From Azolla caroliniana (lineage: Eukaryota > Plantae > Polypodiophyta), in assembly GCA_043228905.1 (NCBI GenBank), contig JBHGNT010000022.1, forward strand, positions 434,001 to 498,000: a DNA stretch of 64,000 bases, in the 5' to 3' direction. The notes below the pieces were generated by a model. That model was not told where the DNA came from and did no database searches. It saw only the letters and a list, made by a program, of their open reading frames with translations. Position 1 is the stretch's first letter, and every line of letters begins with the position of its first letter. Shown here piece after piece: positions 35,801 to 47,600 of the stretch. Position numbers and translations under genes: made by a program.

Positions 35801-38800
35801 AAGAAAACTAGCTAATGATGTATGAATATAATTTGTCCGTCATCTCTATTATTTAGGTGATTTGCTACAGCAGTTTTCATCGGTGCTCTTCAATAAGCTC
35901 GATCGTGGAGAACCATGGGATGACTTCTATGAGCTGAACACCATGTTACAGGTAACTATTAAAAAGCTCTAATTTCAGTGTGATTCTTCATAGAAATGGT
36001 TTTTGAGATATTGTAGGACACTGGCTTCTCCAGGAATCTGTGCGAAGCTCAGCAGATGGTTTGCTTCTACCAGCCTTGGATTCTTTGGTAGTTACCGTGC
36101 AAACACGCTCAAGCAATGTAGCAGAGCAAACATCAGGATCATCGCCTATTCATTTACCTGGTCGCAACTTGACATTCGGCATTGACACTTTGGATAATCT
36201 ATTTTTTGTTTATAAGGCAAGATCCTTCACGGCATTGCTGTATTTTGAGCTTACAGTTATTAGTAAGTCTTGATTTGAGACTCCTATCCATGCTTTACTT
36301 TTCTTCAGGATGAAGACCTTCATAAAATAGAATCCTCGTTTCTTTATAATTTTTGTGGTCTGAACCGTGTGTGCTAGTGGATTTGGAGAGGATGTCCTGG
36401 GCATTAGCAAATAATTTTCTCTCTCAAGCTTCTAGCCTGTAAGTCTTCTCTAGGATCTAAGTTATAACTAGATGACTTGGTTGGTCCTGTAAATTGAAGA
36501 TTGAAGTTTGAAGAGCTGATGCTCAGGGAGAAGATAATTCTATAGCATGTATGAGGAATTTCTACTCAAGATGCCATAAACGAATTTGTACAGAATTTCC
36601 ATAATGTTTTCCGTATTTTAATCCATCCTATCAGTAATTCCTGCCACATAATCATACTGGATTTTGTGACAATTGATGAAATTCCCTTCATTACTGGGTA
36701 AGCTAATTTATAGTTACGGTTGATAATGAAATTAACTGCAACATCTAGATCTTCTACGTACATGGATGATTATCAGAATTCTGTTTGGCCAGAGGGATTA
36801 CGAAACGTGTCAGGTGAGGCCTCAAAGTTATGTGAAGCCTCACAAGGTTGGTTGTCTCAGAATGATGTGAATTTCTCAGCATTTGTTTCGTTCCATGGCC
36901 AATAGGACTACTTTTTGTGCGAATTCAAATCTATTTTACTGTGATGGAGTTTGAAGTTCGAGGATGTCGAAGCTCCTATGGTGTCATGCTACTCGTATAT
37001 ATATGAGTCTTCTATTGAATTCTACAGTAAATGATGTGAACTCAGCATTTGTTTCTTTTCATTGTCAATGAGACTACTTTTTGTATGAATTCAAATATTT
37101 TTATCTGTGATGGAGTTTGAAGTCCGATGATGTTGAAGTCCCTATGGTGTCATGCTAGTTGTATATATAGGAGTGTTCTAATGTGGGAATACAGGCTAAC
37201 GGTCTAATTGCATAACCCATGAAAGATTAGGATGATTAAAATTCATGTACTGCTGGAACTGCAGGTTGCCTGGCCTCTAGAGCTCATTATTGACAAAAGT
37301 GCAATCAAGAAATATAATCAGGTTAGACTATATTATTCATTCAGTTCTTCGCAAGTAGGTCTATAATGTTGAAGTGCTATATTTCCACCGGCCACACCAC
37401 TTTTGGTTTGTAGGTGATGGCGTTTTTGTTCAAAGTAAAGCGTGCTAAATTCGCTCTTGATAAAGCTTGTAGGTGGATGTGGAAGGTGAGAAACTCTCTG
37501 TCTAAACAAATGGTATTTTGCATTTAATGAAAGTGTACCTGGGATGTTGATAGTTTACCATCCTGCTACCTTCTATATTGGCCTGAGTAGATTTGAATTC
37601 TTGAACTCATTTCAAGTTCTTGACAAGGAGTCATTATAGAAATCACTTCATGCATATTTTAATCACATTCAAAACTTAAAATTCTTCTGGTCAAACGGTT
37701 GCAGGATGGGGGAGGAGATGCTATCTATTTGAAGCAGCAGCTTTTGCTTCAACAAAAACTGATGCATTTTGTGAATACTCTGCATCAGTATATTATGGAT
37801 CGGGTATACCTATTGGGAATTGAAACTCAGTAAAAAGATTTTAGGTGTTGAAATGTTTTGATAATCAAATTTCCATTTTATGGCAGGTTTTATACAGTGC
37901 TTGGGTGGAGCTTTGTGAAGGGATGGCAGCTGCATGCTCCCTGGATGAAGTAATAGCTTGCCATGATGCGTATCTAATCTCAATACAAAGGCAATGCTTA
38001 GTTGCACCGGATAAATTGGTATGATATTGATGATTGTTTGAGACCTATGTGGTAGATGCTTATCCATTGAAAGAGTTCTACTCAAGGAATGAGAAAATAT
38101 TGAGTTAAAATAAGAGCAGATTACTTTAGTTTTAGGTATGGTATGTGTAATATATTATGACTGTTTAAGACCTAGTTCTCCATTGGAAATGTGCTTTTCA
38201 ACTAATGAATAAGGGCAAATAAAGTTTGTTAAGTTATATTAGAGATAGGAAAAGGTTTATTATACAAGTTATACTTACGTGTGTGTCCTGTAAATGATAT
38301 ATCTAATAAACTAATGCCGTGAATAATCTGAATCAACACTACCTAATGTTGGAAAATAAGGAAACCATTGTTTTTTTGAAAGATGGGATTCTACATATAA
38401 TATAGCAATCTCTCTTTGCTGCAGTGGGCTCTTATTTCAAGCAGAGTTAAGACAATTCTCAGTTTAGCACTAGATTTTTACTCCATTCAGCGGACATTAT
38501 GTGGTGGTGGTGCTGCTCCAGCGATCAAAGGAAGATGCCAATTGGAAATTGAACGCGTAGGTCGGCAATTTGACGAATGCATTGCCTTTTTACTGCGGGT
38601 AAATTGAAATAAAGTTTTTCAATGTTGTCTGGTGTAGTAACGAGTCCTAATAATCATGAAGATTTTATTTGTTATGGAAATTATTGGTTAATGTTTAAAG
38701 ATATGAATGGGCCAGGTGCTTTCTTTCAAATTGAATGTTGGGCATTTCCCACATTTAGCAGAGCTAGTTACGAGGATAAACTACAATTTCTACTATGTAT

Positions 38801-38886
38801 CGGAAACTGGACACCTTTTAACTCCTCTTCCTGAAGTAAGCAGTAGGACCCGTCTTCAGCAAGCACATCTCAGTACACATGGCTAA
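29808..38886 (+). CDS. GCP5: Gamma-tubulin complex component 5 (Spc97/Spc98 family), 16 exons
   Basis: Exons 29808-29945, 31813-32097, 32788-32885, 33551-33713, 33797-33907, 34192-35154, 35281-35433, 35675-35774, 35857-35951, 36034-36216, 37265-37321, 37414-37485, 37705-37803, 37887-38018, 38425-38598, 38716-38886 splice in frame. Motifs SWLLEGVLDDPFGELFF, IVSAGKSLQLL, YKVAWPLELII, KKYNQVMAFLFKVKRAK, VLSFKLNVGHFPHLAELVTRINYN. Confidence 0.9.
30780..31660 (-). mobile_element. RTE/RTEX-like LINE 3' remnant in GCP5 intron 1
   Basis: FLSRQLGVKSSTSYSITLFETGAQPIE..MPDHRLPKQA and IHEKYDDLLG, which resembles KIRAKYQDIRG near 50100. Confidence 0.6.
36861..37180. repeat. About 170-bp diverged tandem duplication in GCP5 intron 10
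   Basis: AATGATGTGAA..CTCAGCATTTGTTTC..CCTATGGTGTCATGCTA starts at 36861 and 37031. Confidence 0.85.
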
Positions 38887-39115
38887 TAGTAGTATAAATA
38901 TGTTGTAAAATCAAGAATGAACCATTTTCTTCTCAAAATCCTCAACAAAATGGTTAATATGCCAAAATCAGCCCACCTATATGAGAAGTAAGCACATCTC
39001 AGCACACATGGCTAAGAGTAGTATAAAGATGTGTAAAATCAAGAATGAACCATTCTCTTCTCAAAATCCACTACAAAATGGCTAATATGCCAAATTCAGC
39101 CTATCCATGAGAATG
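38861..39115 (+). repeat. 129-bp tandem duplication covering the GCP5 stop codon and proximal 3' UTR
   Basis: AAGCACATCTCAG.ACACATGGCTAA.AGTAGTATAAA starts at 38861 and 38990. Confidence 0.88.
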
Positions 39116-41728
39116 TAACTTACATGCTTTCTAATTGATGTGCACAAGGGCGAGGCATATAGATCTAAAACATAAAACCCAAGCTGAAACTGCAACTTAC
39201 AGATTTAAAAAGCTACACACTATCAACTGGTATAGCTGTTGTAGCAACTTTTTGGCCTCAACTATAAATGTTCTGACTGGGCAAATATGCTTCATATCTT
39301 GGTGATGCCACACTAATGCTTATATATCAGTCATTTTTTGTATGCATATAAAAATCAATATTTGCCTGGTATTTGAGGTACCTCTTAATTTTTTTGGTCA
39401 CTCTTTTTGTTGCATATGTTTTTTGTATTTTGCATTTCATATTCAAATGTTGCATTGTAATTGTAGAATTGTATCTTGCTTTATAAATAACTGAGATGGC
39501 AAGATTGTGTGCTATTTATCACGTGGACACAAAATTGCCATACGCTTGAATAGTGAAGCCCCAAATTAAAATCTTGGTTGGGAAATCCGTGTCATAATGG
39601 AAACATTTAATCTTGAGTTGAGATGAGCTAGAGATGACCTAATTTTTTGAACTTCATTTTCAAAGTTTACTATGAATCATATTGTGGGAAAAACTTCAAG
39701 TTGCAACTGCCATTGTTGGGTACGTTTTCAATGTTTATTATTAATCATATTGTAGTATATGACTTCCAATTATTTCTATTTCCTCTCTTCTTGCTGTTGG
39801 ATTGGAAGTTATTCTTCTATGATCTATCTTCTTGTTCAAACTATCCATGGATTAAGGCTTTTGTGTGTGAATCTCCCTGCTTAGTATGACTGAAATGGCA
39901 AGAGGTTTGCTGATTAAAGTCAAATGGAAACACACATCAAAGTGAGCATATAAACAACTTACCTCTAACGTTTGATACAAGCAACCTCTCTTAAGTGTGT
40001 ATATGCATGTGTTTATTCGTATAAATTTTAGGTGCCATGTAGTCATATTAGAATGAATGACCATCTGTCTTCATAGGGTTAGGTAATCAAAAAGTTTGTG
40101 TGCTTCTAAAAGCAGTACATAATGGTACTAAGCTCCCTTTAAATGGATTTGTTTGAGGGTATTAAGAATCAATAACATCATCTGCTAGTAAATAATCGTG
40201 ATTATTTTCAGTTGCAGCTAAACCATAATATTAAGAATTCAATAAAGTTAGTTGGAGAAACATACATTCTACAATGATATGTTTGACCATGTACATTACC
40301 TTTTGATATGTAAGTTTGTAATAACCCATGATATTATTAAGAATCCAACTATTCAGTTTGGGAAACATAAGTTCTACAATAATATGTTGGAGCATGCACA
40401 TTACCTTCTGATATCTAAGCTTGCAAATTTCATAGCAATCCCATACATAAACACCACTTGACTGTTATGCATGGCCTCCTAGTTCATATTTAAGGAAATC
40501 CATATCTTAGCAATTTAAATGGGGAATTCTATGTTTCTTAGCAATTTAAAGGGTTCAAGGATCATATTGTAGTTAACTAATGAGTAAAACACAATAGGCA
40601 ATCCACAACTTTTGCAAATTGATGAGGTATCTTTGCTTAATTATATAAGATTCACATATGCATTTTGATCGTATGAAAGATTAGAGTCATATTCCGTAAC
40701 ACAATAACTAAACCAAACAAAAGATGGCTGATTGGGTCAACTTAACTCGAAATATTGGTAGCAAATGGTGCAACTTAATAAAACTTTAATATAAAGTGCT
40801 TGCACCCATAGATTGTTTTGAACACACATTCATGAAGTTGTCAAGTGAACAAGTTTGATATACCATAGTACCATTGTAGAACTTCATAAAGAAGATAACA
40901 TAACCATTTAACCACTTGTCGACCGAAGTTAATTCTAAGCCAAGAAATATTTTTTGTCAACTATGTGTTTGCCTACGAAGGATTAGACTACGTAATTTGC
41001 CAAATCCAAGCCTTCCAAAACTCCTCTTAAGCATTAGAATAGACTGAATCAAATAATAGCACAATTTCTCCCATTGTGTTGTGATGGTAGTGGATTATGT
41101 TGATGTCAATTATACAATAAGAACTTTTGGTCTTCAATGTTGCCCCAAACTATGGTTAATAGTAATAGCATAAAATGCCTTAATGCATTCTTGTTTAATG
41201 GATCCATGAATAGGATCTCTTTCTCCTTTAAGAGCTACCAATCCATTAGAAGCACAATTGACTACTATTTAAAGTACCCAATGTGATTCATGGCACATGC
41301 AACATGGGTATCAATACCAAATTCTAATTGGGTGGGACAAGTCAGAGTATATCAACCACTTTATTGTTGTGTACCAATTGGACCCACAATGAATTTATGA
41401 TCCTAATCCTAAACTAGCTTGATATGGATCTACACATTTAGTGGATGATTTTATGTACCCTTTCAAAAAAAGGAGAAGCCATATGAGGATATACAATACT
41501 TATAAAGTGTCATACCCTTTTGCAATCTTTGCCTTAATCCTCTTCATCTAATTCTCTTTTGGTGAATCATACTTCTCCAATTGAGATCCTTAAAACTCTT
41601 GAACGAAGTCATCACCCATCATGGTTTAGTCAATTGCCACTTTGTACAAACTAGCCAATTGCCTCATTGAGAGATTTTGATTTCTCTAGAAAAGTGAGAA
41701 GAAGATCCGTAATACAAATACATAGCCC

Positions 41729-41860
41729 ATCTCGAAAATGTTCCATTAATGCTTATTCATCTGGGCAAGGAATATCCCAAGCAAGAAGGCGGGATCTTGA
41801 AAATGTTCCATTAATGCTTATTCATCTGGGCAAGGAATATCCCAAGCAAGAAGGCGGGAT
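41729..41860. repeat. 65-bp tandem duplication
   Basis: GAAAATGTTCCATTAATGCTTATTCATCTGGGCAAGGAATATCCCAAGCAAGAAGGCGGGAT occurs twice. Confidence 0.9.
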
Positions 41861-42779
41861 TTTGTACCATACGTTAAAAGCTAGTCAAGCCTATCTTGTC
41901 GAAGCCTTCTGACTTCTATTGATAGTTGTTCTCATGCAATCTGTGTCTCCAAATCATGATGTAAGTTCTTTAATGGAATCTTCAAATAATTTAACAATGG
42001 AGACCCTTTTTCTACCAATTGTGCAAACCACACAATAGTGTGCCTTTAACCCAACTCAAGATGTATCAGTGGGGTAATGAATGAATTGCACCTAGATTAC
42101 CAATCGTACCTCATTCAAACTTTTCAAAAACTTGCATTCCCACTCATTGTTGCACAACAGTTGTGGCTAATTGCAATTGTCTAACCCATTCTATCCATTC
42201 TTCATGTTGTTGTCGCATCTCCATAGTGATGTGTCGCAAATCACATAGCAAGCATTAATTCTCTTGTTCAAGTGTCATGAACTTGATTTTTACACATTCG
42301 AGCTCCAAGGGGACAATATGAGTTCTTCTTGTGTAACAACGACCATGATATTAGAGGAAAACTATAGTTTAAATTGTCACAAGTAGAAAAAGAAAGAGAT
42401 AATGAAGGAATGAGATAGATTGAGAGTGTTGAAGAGATAGAGAATTGAAAAGGTAATGTAGGTAGAGTAACTTTATTAAGAGTAAAAAGGTAATTAGAGC
42501 TAGATACGCCTCAAGGGTGGAAGATTGAATGTTTCAACTTGATCGAGAATATCAATAAAATGCACGAAGGTCAATTGGTGCACATATGTAAGCCGGGAAT
42601 TCCGGCAAGCCACATGCCCTCACATGAGTTAGCATGTATAAATGATTTAGGGTTTTAATCATAATGATAAATTTATGAAGTAATAACATGAATGGCTAAA
42701 TGGTTTGAACTTAGTGTGTGCTCCATGAGGTCATGTGATGGTGTTATGGTAACTGGATTAGGGGGGATATTGGTACCTC

Positions 42780-43229
42780 CCAATCAACATCGAAAATGTT
42801 TTCATACATCAATTGAGTTTCTATGTTGTGGCAAAGCAAAAGATAAACCTTAGCAACACTATCAAGTACAAAAAGCCAAATATGTTGCAACAACTTCAAC
42901 CACTAGAGGAAATTAGACAAAAACAATAATTGAAGAACTATTTATCTTTGATTTGTCAAACACGAAGAAATTTTGTGATAACCAATTGTGAGTCAAGTTT
43001 AATGAAAATCTGAAGATTATAGAACAAAATAAACATAGTCTAGCTCATTGCCATTTTATACAAGGCCTCAAATAAGATAAAGAAATTACAATGCATTATC
43101 CCATTAACAAAAATGTGGGTGAACCTCCTCATCAAACCGTTTCCACACAAAAAACATTTTAATTGTTGGAATAGATTTCAATTCAATCGAGCAAAGCATA
43201 AAAAGTAGATTGTTCGCCTTAGATGGGAC
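42780..43229 (+). pseudogene. Ancient copia RNase H remnant
   Basis: Decayed motifs TLSST..KYVA, FCDNQ and KH....HFI. Very degenerate. Confidence 0.45.
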
Positions 43230-43465
43230 CATAGATTGACGCATGCGTGATATTCACAATATTCGAGAATACAAAATGGCCCTAAGAATATTATAAAACC
43301 ATTCATTTTGCAAAATAAATATACAAAAAATTATTTAATTAATTTTCTTTACAGGAAAAAAAATTAATTCACTAAAAAAAGAACAATCATTCATTAATAG
43401 ATTATAAAAATATGGTTAGTATTAACTCTCCTTTAAAGAACACTTCGTGCACTTCTCTAAGTTAG

Positions 43466-44158
43466 TTTTTTGTTTTTTTTCCAAAATAAAACTCCTTCCA
43501 TTAGTTATAAAATTTTACAGATGAGATTAGTATATACAAATCCCTGTAGGGACACGATAGGTCCATCTTATGTAGATGCCCATTGACTCAATAAAGGGGG
43601 AGGACGACCATTGTTGGATGAAGGCTAATCGTTGTCTTTCAACTCCATCAGAGTCACCATTGAGGCCATCATATTGGCTCTTTAGAGTGGCTACCACTTC
43701 ACTCTATATCTCTTGCATTAACACTATTGGTTGCACGGTTTGGTTGGAGAAGACCTGTCTACACCGTTGTTTCCAGAGAATCCAAAGAGTTATTGGGTTG
43801 ACCAATTCTAACACAACTTGAGATTTGGCATTGATAGGAGTTGAGTGGACATTGTCGATGGTGGAGAAAAAAACCTCTTGTGCTTTTATAACCAAAGTCA
43901 TCCCCTCTTCCTGATTCTCATATTTGTCAATTGAGGCTTGCCATGATAGCCAACATACATTCCCCCACTTGATTGAACCTTGCACCTTGCATAATTGCAA
44001 TAAGCGGCCAACCCCCCGCCATATTCGATGGGACTCTGGGCAGTCCCATAGAGCGTGTCGTATTGATTCTACTACAGTTGGACACGCTACACAATTAGGA
44101 GAGCTGAGGTTCCCACGCTGCCATGCACCAACCGGTAGTGACTTATGTATTAACAGCC
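43466..44158 (-). mobile_element. L1-like LINE 3' fragment (zf-RVT region and A-rich tail)
   Basis: CVACPTVVESIRHALWDCPESHRIW..ITLWILWKQRCRQVF, with a T-rich run at 43466-43480 that reads as poly(A) on the minus strand. Confidence 0.75.
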
Positions 44159-44609
44159 ATTACACAACCAAAATATCTAGATACATTCTTATCAAATGCA
44201 CTAAGGGTGGCCATTGGGAAACTTAGGATATCATCTCTAAGTTAGTTTTATTACACAACCAAAATATCTAGATACATTCTTATCAAATGCACTAAGGGTG
44301 GCCATTGGGAAACTTAGGATATCATCTCTAAGTTAGTTTTATTACACAACCAAAATATCTAGATATATTCTTATCAAATGCACTAAGGGTGGCCATTGGG
44401 AAACTTAGGATATCATCTCTAAGTTAAGGTTTTATTACACAACCAAAATATCTAGATACATTCTTATCAAATGCACTAAGGGTGGGTGGCCATTGGGAAA
44501 CTTAGGATATCATCTCTAAGTTAGGTTTTATTACACAACCAAAATATCTAGATACATTCTTATCAAATGCACTAAGGGTGGCCATTGGGAAACTTAGGAT
44601 ATCATCTCA
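44159..44609 (+). repeat. Five tandem copies of a 91-96-bp unit at the 5' truncation point of a LINE
   Basis: ATTACACAACCAAAATATCTAGATACATTC... starts at 44159, 44250, 44341, 44434 and 44530. Confidence 0.95.
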
Positions 44610-47600
44610 CCAACTTGAGATTGAGAATGATCGTGCTAATGGAGTCCCTAGAGAGGAAAGACTATGTAGGTTATCTCACATAGAGATAGAGGATGAATAT
44701 CACTTTACATGCAAATGTCCAACTGTTGAGAATCAAGCTCAACATAGTGCACCGTGTGAACACACCTTTTGAGAATCTATGATTAGTCAAAGGTCAAGAG
44801 TCACACCACTACTCTCTACACATTAACTATGTGTCATAGAATCATATTTTATGACACATAACTAATGAGTTACATATTCCCCATGACTATGAGTCTTCAC
44901 ATTCCCCAAGAGAGTGTTATAGAATCATATTTTATGACACGTAACTAATGAGTTAATAACGAGAGAGGGTGACTATATATAAAGCACCCTCCTCATACTT
45001 CATATTAAGTCGGTTGTGACTCCTTGTAATGCTACATTTTGTATTTCCTATTCTACTTGTGAATATACACCTTCTTCTTGAGTATTCCTTGTTCTATCTA
45101 TCTTGTGTTCTCTATTCTCTCCTCTAATTCCTCTCACACATACACATAACACACACATCTTCCGCTACACAAGAATCATACCCAATTCTTTACATGGTAT
45201 CAGAGCGGTTTGGTAGCTCGATCTAGCTCATCCGCGTGTGTTGTGTTCTACGCCGACGTTCGAGAAGAACCGGTCCATCGCTATCGTAGTGCGACTACAT
45301 AGCTCGTGTTCGAAAGAGGAGGAAAAGAAGAAAGAAAGCTTCATCAACATAATGAATACTCAAATGGGGAGCGCTCTCCCTAGCGAGAAGCTAGATCGAA
45401 ACAACTTTGCATCTTAGGAGTACAAGATGCACCAATACCTTGTCGGCCAAGGCTATTGGGGTTACATCAAAGGAGCACAAGAAAACCGACCTGAAGCGAA
45501 AGACGCCGACTACGCAACATGGGAGCAAGCGGCAGGCTGAGTGATGTATTGCTTGACGACATTTATTCACGACCACATGCTCGGCTACATTCGAGGAGCT
45601 GAGACGCCAAAGGAAGCGTGGGTGAATCTACGAAAGATTTTCGCTGCCAACACAACCGTGAGAAGCTTCAACTCCGCCAAGAGTTAAACAACATCCAACA
45701 AAGGGATATGTCCATCACGAGCTACACCTTGAAGATCAAGGAGCTTTGCGACTCGCTTGGCTCGATAAGCGTCAATGTGGACAATGAGGAGATCGTGCAA
45801 ATATGCTTCGGCGGCCTTGCACCACGGTTCGGTGCAATGAGGACCGTTGTATTAGCATGAGAGAATCCGCCCTCCTTCTTCGATCTTCAATCCATGTTGT
45901 TGGTCGAAGAAAACCATGTTCGAACAAGGAGCAATGCCTCGGAAGGCCACATGCTTTACTCACACTCGGACGGAGGAAGAGGACGTGGTCGTGCAAGAAG
46001 AGGCCGATTCGGCCAAGGACAAGGCAGACGAGGCCCGACTTATGAAAACAACTCGCAATTTCGGCATCAAGACGGAAGCCATTGAGGAACCTTCAGAAGA
46101 AGAGGGAGCTTCCATTCCGGTCCAAGCTGACAAAACTCAGTCGAATGTGGATATTGCGGAAAAATCAGTCACCACGAAGAAGACTGTCGTAAGAAGATGC
46201 GTGAGTCGGCTTCCACTAGCCAACAACTCACCAATTACACCACCAAATCCGATTATGATGATCGTGGCGGAATGTTCGTGATGAGACATAGAGCAAATTC
46301 TATGTCAGCTTCTACTTCAACTAGTGCCTCCGGTCCGGAAGATGTATGGTTTGTCAATTCTAGTGCCTCGAACCATATGATGTCTCATCAAGAATAGTTC
46401 CGAGAACTTCGAGAGCTGGAACGACCCAACTATGTCGAAACTAGAGATGACACTACGCATCCGATTCAGCACATCGTCAATGTCCCATTTGGCAAAGAAT
46501 GTAACCAAACTTTTATTAAAAATGTCTTGCATGTACCAACCATTACGAAGAATTTGGTCTCTGTCGGCCAAATTGTTGAGCACGGGATGCAAGTACGATT
46601 TAATCAAGGCGTTGCTTCATCGAAAAAGAGGGTTGACTCATCACTCACGGACGAAGAGAGGGCCGAATGTTCATTCTAAACTCGCACGAGATGAAATCGG
46701 CCATGTTCTCAAAGGGCATGAAAGCCGATTCCGACATAGAGTTATGGCACAAGCGGATTGGCCATATCAATTTGTGTGCCGCTTGCCAATTTGGCAAGCA
46801 ACATCGACACCCATTTCCGAAGGAACAAAACGTGAGCAAAGGCGTACTCAATGTAATTCATTCCGATGTATGGAGTTCGGCTCAGACGGCTACATTCGGC
46901 GGATGCCGATACTACGTGGCCTTCATTGACGACTTCTTAAGGCACACCTAGATCTACTCCATGCGGCAAAAGAGCAAAGTGTTCGGACACTTCCAAAAAT
47001 TTAAGAATGAAGTTGAGAAAGCCACGGGCCAACATGTGCGATGCCTTCGATCGGATGGAGCCAAGGAATATTTCTCGGATGAGTTTACAGCGTATCTCTG
47101 GAAAGAAGGAATTCGGTGAGAGTTTTTGTGTCTACATACGCCACAACAAAACTGAGTCGCCAAACAAAAGAATCGGCACATCCTCGAAGTCGCGTAGGCC
47201 CTGATGAACGAAAAGCACCTGCCGAAGTAGTATTGGGCAGAAGCGGCTAACACGGCCGTATACCTCATGAATCGGTGTACGACATCGGGTGTGCACAAAC
47301 TTACTCTGCACGAGAAGTTTTTCGAGAAGAAACCGGATCTATCACATGTTCGGATATTCGGCTCCGTTGCATACGCGCACATCCCCGACGAGAAGCGACA
47401 AAAGCTTGACACGAAGTCGGAGAAGTGTATCCTCGTAGGATACTCACTAGAGCAAAAGGGGTACAAGTGCTATAACCCCTCAACTCAAAAATCTCGAGTA
47501 AGTCGAGACATCGTTTTCGACGAGTCTGCATCTTGGTATGCACCAGAGACAACTTCAACTCCGATTCCGCTCGACCGGGAATCCGCCGAAATAGAGATAG

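Noticed and set aside
44159-44609. CRISPR-like or coding repeat
   Set aside because: Near-identical head-to-tail units with no spacers, derived from a LINE end.
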